In this document: piece after piece, positions 1 through 5,128 of the stretch
Layout of the letters: each line of letters starts with the position of its first letter
Position numbering within the stretch: the first letter of the stretch is position 1
Source: Candidatus Nanopusillus sp.
Lineage (GTDB): Archaea; Nanobdellota; Nanobdellia; Nanobdellales; Nanobdellaceae
NCBI GenBank assembly: GCA_036845085.1
Contig: DAIUEN010000030.1
Coordinates: 1 to 6,595, forward strand
Direction: 5' to 3'
Length of the DNA stretch: 6,595 nt
The notes under the pieces: model-generated
What the model was told of the DNA's origin: nothing
What the model saw: only the letters and a program-made list of their open reading frames with translations
Databases searched by the model: none
Program-made: the position numbers and the translations under genes

Positions 1-128
1 AATATACACTAGATAAATATTCTGAAGAATTGAAGTTTAAATATAAAATATTAGATATAAAAAAAGTTGGAGATATATCACCTAGAACTTATAGAGTTTG
101 TATAGATTTTGAAGTAATAAAAGAATAA
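1..128 (+). CDS. 3' end of a CDS entering from the left edge (C-terminal ~41 aa, function unknown)
   Basis: The frame starting at nt 3 is open from the edge to TAA at 126-128: YTLDKYSEELKFKYKILDIKKVGDISPRTYRVCIDFEVIKE*. Forty-one stop-free codons is non-trivial in DNA this AT-rich, and the K/I/E/Y-rich composition matches the neighbouring CDSs. No family recognised. Confidence 0.35.
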   Translation, partial: YTLDKYSEELKFKYKILDIKKVGDISPRTYRVCIDFEVIKE

Positions 129-137
129 CATTTTATG

Positions 138-146
138 TTTTTAAAT
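138..146 (+). promoter_or_regulatory. TATA-like box (TTTTTAAAT) upstream of the GalT-like CDS
   Basis: It lies in the 39-nt gap after the upstream stop, with 21 nt between the box and ATG 168. That spacing fits an archaeal TATA at about -26 and a leaderless or near-leaderless mRNA. Specificity is low because the whole window is AT-rich. Confidence 0.3.
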
Positions 147-167
147 CAAAAGATACATTAATAAACT

Positions 168-1157
168 ATGAAAATATCTTATAATGAAGAATTGTATATA
201 GAAAAAGAAGAATTATATATAAAAACAAGATTTAATAACGAAATTTACACAAGTATATTAGAAATTAGAAAAGATCCTATAACAGGATTTAAGGTAAGAA
301 TCAATAGAAACATAAAAAATAAGCCAAGAAATATAATAAATGAAAATATAGAAAATAATGAATGTATTTTTTGTAATCATGAAAAATATGTTACATCTTT
401 CTTTGATTTTGAAAAAATTTATAATAGCAATAGTGTTTTATTTGCCAATAAATACCCTTATAGTGAATATCATGGAGTTGTTTTGTTAAATTATAATAAA
501 CATAATGAAAATTTTTCAGATATAAGTTTGCTTGATTTATATAATTCTTTAGAATTAATAAGAGAATTTTATAATAAAATATTTGAGAAAAATAATGAAT
601 ATAATATTTTATTTATCAATTTAAATAAAGGTTTTTCTGCTGGTGCATCTCAAAGACATTTACATTTCCAAATATTAGTTGAAAAAGAACCAACAAATTA
701 TTATAAAATATATTTAAATAAATGCAAAAGATATTTTGAAAAATATAGGAAATTTTTCATAGAAGATTATTTTTTATTTGAAAAGAAATTAAATGAAAGA
801 ATTATATATGATGATATAATAAAATTATGGAGTAATTTTGCTCCTTTTAGAAATAATGAGATTATAGGGTATTTTGATACATTTGGTTTATTCTTTTTAA
901 ATCAAAACAAATTTGAAGATTTGGTAAGTAAATTGTATAAGATACTAGTTCTATACGAAAAATTATATAACGAATTTAATTTAACAATATTGGATACTAC
1001 AAATCTAAAAGAATCCAGAACATTCCCATTTATTAGAATTGCTCAAAGAAATAAAAATGATATTGGATATATGGAAATATTTCATATTGAACCGGTGATA
1101 TCTTCAATACCTGAAGAAACTTCTAAAGAAATAAAAGAAAAATTGTCTAATCAATAA
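168..1157 (+). CDS. Galactose-1-phosphate uridylyltransferase-like nucleotidyltransferase (HIT superfamily, GalT branch)
   Basis: 329-aa ORF. It has an N-terminal CxxC (ECIFCNHEK) like the GalT zinc site CPFC. NKYPYSEYHGVVLL resembles the GalT/HIT 'NK(F/Y)P...H-hydrophobic' strand. NLNKGFSAGASQRHLHFQIL matches the GalT active-site block 'ENKG...G.S..HxHxQ'. Length is typical of GalT-family enzymes. Substrate cannot be inferred (UDP-hexose, ADP-glucose phosphorylase or ApnA phosphorylase types share these motifs). Confidence 0.75.
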   Translation: MKISYNEELYIEKEELYIKTRFNNEIYTSILEIRKDPITGFKVRINRNIKNKPRNIINENIENNECIFCNHEKYVTSFFDFEKIYNSNSVLFANKYPYSEYHGVVLLNYNKHNENFSDISLLDLYNSLELIREFYNKIFEKNNEYNILFINLNKGFSAGASQRHLHFQILVEKEPTNYYKIYLNKCKRYFEKYRKFFIEDYFLFEKKLNERIIYDDIIKLWSNFAPFRNNEIIGYFDTFGLFFLNQNKFEDLVSKLYKILVLYEKLYNEFNLTILDTTNLKESRTFPFIRIAQRNKNDIGYMEIFHIEPVISSIPEETSKEIKEKLSNQ

Positions 1158-1168
1158 AAACATTTATA

Positions 1169-1537
1169 ATGAATGAAAAATCCTTTATCCATATGGCATT
1201 ACTAGTTGCAAGAAAATATACGTTAATATTTATTTTAAATGGGAAAATTATTAAAGATGAAAAAGAATTTATAAATTATTTAAAAAAAGAATTTGCTGGA
1301 AAGAATCCAAAGGTCATAAAAATAGTTATTGATAAATTGAGATTATTAGAGGAAAACCCATTTAAATATTCTAGGGAAAAGCTTAAAGAATATGACAAAT
1401 ATATTATATGTTCTATAGAAGTAACTGGAGATTTGAGAATATTATATGCAATAGATAAAAAAATGCCAATTGTTTATATATTAGGAGTTGGAAATCATAA
1501 AGAAATTTATGGAAAAATTCTGAAAAAAATAATATAA
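1169..1537 (+). CDS. RelE/ParE-superfamily toxin-like protein with an atypically long N-terminus
   Basis: The C-terminal half, KVIKIVIDKLRLLEENPFKYSREKLKEYDKYIICSIEVTGDLRILYAIDKKMPIVYILGVGNHKEIYGK, follows the RelE/ParE pattern: helix ending 'ENPF', '...G(D)(Y/L)RI(I/L)Y.I....' strand, '(I/V).IL.(I/V)G.H(R/K)..(I/V)Y'. At 122 aa it exceeds the usual ~85-95 aa. An in-frame ATG at 1193 (114 aa) lies ~24 nt downstream of a TATA-like TTTATAAT (1163-1170), so it could be a leaderless start. It begins 11 nt after the GalT-like stop. Confidence 0.55.
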   Translation: MNEKSFIHMALLVARKYTLIFILNGKIIKDEKEFINYLKKEFAGKNPKVIKIVIDKLRLLEENPFKYSREKLKEYDKYIICSIEVTGDLRILYAIDKKMPIVYILGVGNHKEIYGKILKKII

Positions 1538-1540
1538 TAA

Positions 1541-2881
1541 CTAAGGATATAACCAACTACCCCTTAACCTAGGGAATGGTTGTGTATCTCTAATGTGATC
1601 TAATTTACATATCCACCTTAAAAATCTTTCAATACCCAAACCCATGCCAGAATGTGGAACTGATCCATATTTTCTTAAATCTTCATACCATTCATATGCA
1701 TTTATTTCTTCATTTCCTATTTTAACCTTTAATTTATCTAATCCCCATTCTTCAATCTTTTTATGCAATATATCATATCTCCATTCTCTTTCCGATCCAC
1801 CAATTATTTCCCCATATCCTTCTGGCGCAAGAAGATCAAAATTTTTTACTGTTCCATCTCCATATTCATACATATAAAATGCTTTTACTTCTCTGGGATA
1901 GTATGTAACAAATATTGGTACATCAAATTGTTGGGTTAACATTCTTTCTTCATCAGATCCTAAATCATCTCCATATTTTATATTTACTCCAAGATCTTGC
2001 AATATTTTTATTGCATCTTTATATTTAATAACTTTCCATGGTTTCTCAACCAATTGCTTCAACTCAGATATATCTCTTCCCGTAATATTTTTTAATTCTT
2101 CAAATTCTCTTTTTCTTTCTTCAATTGTCTTTTCTATAGTATATTTCAAAGATTCTTCCATAACTTTTATTATATCTTCTAAATAATACCATGCAGCTTC
2201 TATTTCAAAATGCCAATATTCATGTAAGTGTCTCTTTGTCCTGGACATCTCTGCTCTAAATGATGGTGTTAAAGAATATACTTTCTCTAATGAAAATATT
2301 AAAGCTTCCAGATATAGTTGTGCTGATTGTGATAAATATGCTTTTTCTTCAAAATATTTAACTTCAAATAATTCAGTAGTATTCTCTGCCGCATTACCAA
2401 CCAATATTGGAGGTGTTACTTCATACCATCCATCCTTTATGAACCAATCTCTGAGATTTACAATTAAACTATGTTTTATTTTTAATACATTTGTAAACCA
2501 TCTAGTTCTTATCCATAAATGTCTATATTTTTGTATTGTATCTACATCTTCATCCCCTTTCAATGGAAATGGTTTTCCATAGTCATATATTTTTATTTCC
2601 CTTACTTCTATTTCATATCCGCCAGGTGCCCTTTCATCCTTTTTTAATATACCCTTTACTTCTAAAGACCCTTCAATCTGAAACTTTAGAGAATCTTCCC
2701 AGGTTTTTTGATCTACTATGTCCTTCTTAACAACAGCTTGTATTATACCTGTAGAGTCTCTTATAACAAAAAATACCTTGTCTTTCATATCTCTCATCCT
2801 ATATACCCATCCACTTACTCTAACTTCCTTATTTACAAAATTTTCATTCAGTATATCCTTTATAAATACGGTCTTCATCAT
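1541..2881 (-). CDS. asnS: Asparaginyl-tRNA synthetase (class IIb aaRS; AspRS not fully excluded)
   Basis: 446 aa. N-terminal OB-fold anticodon-binding block (VRVSGWVYRMRDMKDKVFFVIRDSTGIIQAVV). Class II motif 2 is FRAEMSRTKRHLHEYWHFEIEAAW, which resembles the AsnRS form 'FRAE.S.T.RHL.E(F/Y)W..E.E.A'. Motif 3 is GMGLGIERFLRWI, and the C-terminal ...IRDTQPFPR... is typical of AsnRS/AspRS. Size fits archaeal AsnRS (~430-445 aa). The start is ATGATG (2881 or 2878). Confidence 0.85.
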   Translation of the reverse strand: MMKTVFIKDILNENFVNKEVRVSGWVYRMRDMKDKVFFVIRDSTGIIQAVVKKDIVDQKTWEDSLKFQIEGSLEVKGILKKDERAPGGYEIEVREIKIYDYGKPFPLKGDEDVDTIQKYRHLWIRTRWFTNVLKIKHSLIVNLRDWFIKDGWYEVTPPILVGNAAENTTELFEVKYFEEKAYLSQSAQLYLEALIFSLEKVYSLTPSFRAEMSRTKRHLHEYWHFEIEAAWYYLEDIIKVMEESLKYTIEKTIEERKREFEELKNITGRDISELKQLVEKPWKVIKYKDAIKILQDLGVNIKYGDDLGSDEERMLTQQFDVPIFVTYYPREVKAFYMYEYGDGTVKNFDLLAPEGYGEIIGGSEREWRYDILHKKIEEWGLDKLKVKIGNEEINAYEWYEDLRKYGSVPHSGMGLGIERFLRWICKLDHIRDTQPFPRLRGSWLYP

Positions 2882-2907
2882 AAATTCGGTAATTCCGATC
2901 TTTCATC

Positions 2908-2915
2908 TTTAATAA
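2908..2915 (-). promoter_or_regulatory. TATA-like box (TTATTAAA on the minus strand) upstream of asnS
   Basis: Sits in the 85-nt divergent intergenic region, with 26 nt between the box and the asnS ATG (2881). Low specificity in AT-rich DNA. Confidence 0.25.
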
Positions 2916-2930
2916 GTATTGTTACTAATA

Positions 2931-2940
2931 TTTATAAATA
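2931..2940 (+). promoter_or_regulatory. TATA box (TTTATAAATA) for the tRNA gene
   Basis: This is the best TATA consensus in the intergenic region, and 26 nt separate its 3' end from tRNA position +1 (G2967). That predicts a transcription start at or only a few nt upstream of the mature 5' end. Confidence 0.45.
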
Positions 2941-2966
2941 GTGTTAGATGATTATCTGATAATAAA

Positions 2967-3038
2967 GGGACCGTAGTCTAGGGGTATGATGCCGCCCTGA
3001 CTAGGCGGAGGTCCGGGGTTCGAATCCCCGCGGTCCCA
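2967..3038 (+). tRNA. tRNA-Val (anticodon GAC), no encoded CCA, no intron
   Basis: Hand-folded cloverleaf. Acceptor GGGACCG/CGGTCCC (7 bp). D-arm GTCT-AGGGGTA-TGAT with A14, G18G19 and A21. Anticodon stem CCGCC/GGCGG with loop C-T-GAC-T-A (U33 present, anticodon at 2999-3001). Variable loop AGGTC. T-arm CGGGG-TTCGAAT-CCCCG. Discriminator A73. 72 nt and 48/72 G+C, against an AT-rich background. Confidence 0.88.
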
Positions 3039-3040
3039 TC

Positions 3041-3048
3041 TTTATATG
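3041..3048 (+). promoter_or_regulatory. TATA-like box (TTTATATG) for the 3071 CDS
   Basis: It starts 3 nt after the tRNA 3' end, with 22 nt between the box and ATG 3071. This is the same spacing as the other putative leaderless units in the window. Confidence 0.35.
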
Positions 3049-3053
3049 TTTTC

Positions 3054-3067
3054 CTACTAATTAGTAG
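3054..3067. promoter_or_regulatory. Perfect 14-nt palindrome CTACTAATTAGTAG (candidate operator over the predicted transcription start)
   Basis: The sequence equals its own reverse complement (7+7, no spacer). It lies between the TATA-like box (3041-3048) and ATG 3071, the classic position for an archaeal repressor site. The genes immediately downstream encode winged-helix-like proteins. Confidence 0.4.
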
Positions 3068-3070
3068 TTT

Positions 3071-3826
3071 ATGAGCAAAAATTTAGATTCAATTATCATA
3101 AAATCTTTAATAGAATCTTATAATGAAAAAAAGCCCATACTTGAAAAAATTGTTGAACAAGACTCGGCTTTAAGTTTAATTTATAATAGAGGTAATTCTA
3201 ATTTTCCAAATGTATTGAGATGTATGTATAAATTGGGAATTATTAAATCTACAAATTTAGGTATTATTTTAACAGATTTAGGACATAAAATTAGAGATAA
3301 ATTATATAAAGAAATAGAAATATTAAGATCTAATATTTATCATGTTGAAAATAAAAGTTTTAATCCTATAGAAGTTGAAAGATATTTATACAAAGTAATA
3401 AGAGCAACAAAATTTGTAGAAAATTATGAAAATTATGCTCCACCATGTAGGTTACCTATTTCTTTTAAAGTAATATATAAGACAATTTCTGATAATGAAT
3501 ACAGAGATCCTTTGACATATTTATTTATTGGTAGAAGTGGATGTATATTATTGTTATTATATTATGCGGAATTAGAATGTACACGTTGTATAAACTGGAA
3601 GTTTAGTAAAAAATATATGAATGAATTATTGAAAGTTTATGGAGATATTGAAATAATTAAAAGACCTTATGAAGATAACTTATTATCCTATGGATTGATA
3701 TCTAAATATTCAAGAAAAAATATTAGAAATAGAAAAGTAAAATATACATTGACTTCATTTGGAAGAGAGATAGCTAAATGGATTCTATATAATTTTAGAG
3801 CCTTAGATTATGGTAAAAAGATATAA
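3071..3826 (+). CDS. Uncharacterised protein with two winged-helix-like segments (paralog A)
   Basis: 251-aa ORF with an ATG start. Two segments show the wHTH-like pattern 'hydrophobic helix - G(L/I)I - basic turn - (K)YxLTxxGxxI': VLRCMYKLGIIKSTNLGIILTDLGHKIRDKL, and LLSYGLISKYSRKNIRNRKVKYTLTSFGREIAKWI. It shares several colinear motifs with the next ORF. No named family recognised. Confidence 0.7.
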   Translation: MSKNLDSIIIKSLIESYNEKKPILEKIVEQDSALSLIYNRGNSNFPNVLRCMYKLGIIKSTNLGIILTDLGHKIRDKLYKEIEILRSNIYHVENKSFNPIEVERYLYKVIRATKFVENYENYAPPCRLPISFKVIYKTISDNEYRDPLTYLFIGRSGCILLLLYYAELECTRCINWKFSKKYMNELLKVYGDIEIIKRPYEDNLLSYGLISKYSRKNIRNRKVKYTLTSFGREIAKWILYNFRALDYGKKI

Positions 3827-3831
3827 TATAA

Positions 3832-3850
3832 AAGTTTTTTAAGTTTTTTT
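3832..3850 (+). terminator. Tandem AAGTTTTTT / AAGTTTTTTT motif (oligo-T tracts) between the two paralogs
   Basis: Two adjacent copies sit 6 nt after the 3071-3826 stop. T6 and T7 runs on the coding strand are the usual archaeal intrinsic termination or pause signal. They could equally be plain AT-rich spacer. Confidence 0.3.
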
Positions 3851-3866
3851 GTTACATAACAGTAGT

Positions 3867-4481
3867 ATGGCTATTAAAAAAAGAAACTTGCTAGAACAAT
3901 TAATAGAATCTGCAATAATTGGTGAACCAGTAGTATCTGTAATACATAATAATCCTAGATACAAATTTATTAATAAGGATATAAAAAATCTAGATAAAGA
4001 AATTGAAACTGTTACTGAATTTTTAGAATTTGGTAAAAAACTAAGAATAGAAGATAAATTACAAATTGCTTATTATTCTCTTAAATCTTTTTCAGAATAC
4101 TTATTAAGATCAGAAAATTATAGAAGATTAAGTTTATCAGATATTTTAAATAGAGAAGGTCCATTTACAGTTAAAATTCTTTCATTATATGGAAAGTATA
4201 TAGCTATTCTACTACCTATGTATATAATAGATTTGGAATGCCAATTAAGTAGGAAATGTATAAACTATTGTCCAACTTCTAGCAGAATAAGAAACGAATT
4301 AAAAAATTACGGTTTTAAAGATTTCCATTTATCAAAAGGTAACTTAAAATTGTTAATGGAATATAAATTTATTAAAAGATGTAATGATAGTTCTAATCCA
4401 AAATATACATTAACAAATCTTGGTAGAATTGTTTCAGAAAGTATTTCTGAACAAATATATGCATCTATACATGGTATCTAA
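3867..4481 (+). CDS. Uncharacterised winged-helix-like protein (paralog B)
   Basis: The ORF-track start at 3849 is a TTG. The first ATG is 3867 (MAIKKRN...), giving 204 aa. Motifs colinear with paralog A (A vs B): KSLIESYNEKKPILEKI vs EQLIESAIIGEPVVSVI; ENY; AELECTRCINW vs IDLECQLSRKCINY; MNELLKVYG vs RNELKNYG; VKYTLTSFGREIA vs PKYTLTNLGRIVS. Confidence 0.7.
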   Translation: MAIKKRNLLEQLIESAIIGEPVVSVIHNNPRYKFINKDIKNLDKEIETVTEFLEFGKKLRIEDKLQIAYYSLKSFSEYLLRSENYRRLSLSDILNREGPFTVKILSLYGKYIAILLPMYIIDLECQLSRKCINYCPTSSRIRNELKNYGFKDFHLSKGNLKLLMEYKFIKRCNDSSNPKYTLTNLGRIVSESISEQIYASIHGI

Positions 4482-4950
4482 TAATTTACTAGATGAAAAA
4501 TATTTGGAAAATTATCTTAAGCAAAAGGGTATAAAATTCGAAATTATAAAATATGATAAACCAGTAATGTCTGCAAATGATGCTGAAGAATATACAGATG
4601 GTATTGTAGCCAAAAGTATTTTATTAATCTGTGATGATAAACCTTTATTATGTTTTTTACTCGGGAAAGATAAGATTGACCTAGAAAAAATTAAGAAATA
4701 TTTTGGATGTAATAATGTTAGATTAGCCAAGGCTAAAGAAGTAAAAAATATTACAGGATATGATATAGGAGCTGTTCCACCAATAGGACACAAACAAAGC
4801 ATTAAAACAATTGTTGATAAAAAAGTTCTTGAATTAAAAGATGATAAAATAATTTATTGTGGTGGAGGATCTCATTATCACTTATTAAAAATATCTAAAA
4901 AAGATCTATTAAGTATTATGGAATATGATATATATGACATTACCCTCTAA
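4471..4950 (+). CDS. YbaK/ProX/EbsC-family aminoacyl-tRNA trans-editing deacylase
   Basis: The ORF-track start at 4420 is a TTG. ATGs at 4459 and 4471 are more likely; 4471 gives 159 aa (MVSNNLLDEKYLENYLKQ...). Family pattern: N-terminal 'L...gi.fe...' substrate-domain start, the conserved Lys context (VAKSILL), 'ITGYDIGAVPPIGH' (YbaK 'tG...GgvsP.G' loop), and a C-terminal 'GGGS....L'. Size is typical (~155-165 aa). Substrate specificity not assignable. Confidence 0.8.
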   Translation: MVSNNLLDEKYLENYLKQKGIKFEIIKYDKPVMSANDAEEYTDGIVAKSILLICDDKPLLCFLLGKDKIDLEKIKKYFGCNNVRLAKAKEVKNITGYDIGAVPPIGHKQSIKTIVDKKVLELKDDKIIYCGGGSHYHLLKISKKDLLSIMEYDIYDITL

Positions 4951-5128
4951 ATTTAGCAACTAATGGTAAAACTCCCCTTTCATATTCTATCATTGCTATT
5001 TTTATAGGATCATATCTTATTTTTTCTAGCTCTTCTTTTGATAGCTTTACCATTAATGGTGCACCCATAGAAATTTGCAATGCTCTAGCAGCTATTAATC
5101 TTGCAATAGCAAATCTAGATTCATTCAT
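4940..5128 (-). CDS. rpoK: DNA-directed RNA polymerase subunit K (Rpo6, omega/RPB6 homolog)
   Basis: 62 aa. SRFAIARLIAARALQISMGAPLMV is the signature RPB6/RpoK block ('(T)RFE.AR(I/L)I(G/A)ARALQIS.GAP'), followed by DPIKIAMIEYERGVLPL ('DP..IA..E...G.(I/L)P'). The start ATG overlaps the rrp42 stop (ATGA, 5125-5128). Confidence 0.88.
   Translation of the reverse strand: MNESRFAIARLIAARALQISMGAPLMVKLSKEELEKIRYDPIKIAMIEYERGVLPLVAKFRG

Noticed and set aside
1644-1877. 77-aa plus-strand ORF in the six-frame track
   Set aside because: It lies entirely antisense to the strongly supported asnS CDS. The protein is low-complexity and S/P/F-rich, typical of the reverse frame of an AT-rich gene, and shows no motifs.
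2536-2941. Three overlapping plus-strand ORFs (2536-2730, 2708-2941, 2718-2912)
   Set aside because: They are antisense shadows of the asnS 5' region running into the promoter gap. They are mutually exclusive, L/F/I/S/Y-rich, and have no start-site context or motifs.
2946-2959. AGATGA...CTGA, resembling C-box and D-box elements of a C/D sRNA, in the tRNA upstream region
   Set aside because: The two elements are only 4 nt apart, so there is no room for guide sequences or C'/D' boxes. The C-box is imperfect (AGATGA instead of the RUGAUGA heptamer) and there is no terminal stem. Chance occurrence is likely.
3849-3866. ORF-track starts at 3849, 4420 and 6456 shown as M
   Set aside because: These are TTG codons (CAA on the plus strand at 6454-6456). 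For 3849 and 4420, in-frame ATGs follow shortly (3867; 4459/4471) and are preferred. For 6456, the frame stays open to the window edge, so the gene is simply 5'-truncated.
4512-4802. 96-aa minus-strand ORF
   Set aside because: It is antisense to the YbaK-type deacylase CDS, which has clear family motifs. The composition is typical of a shadow frame.
2967-4950. Possibility that the genes 3' of the tRNA are an integrated mobile element using the tRNA as attachment site
   Set aside because: No integrase or recombinase gene is present. I could find no direct repeat of the tRNA 3' half downstream in the window. There is no compositional break, and the cassette ends in a housekeeping-type deacylase overlapping rpoK.
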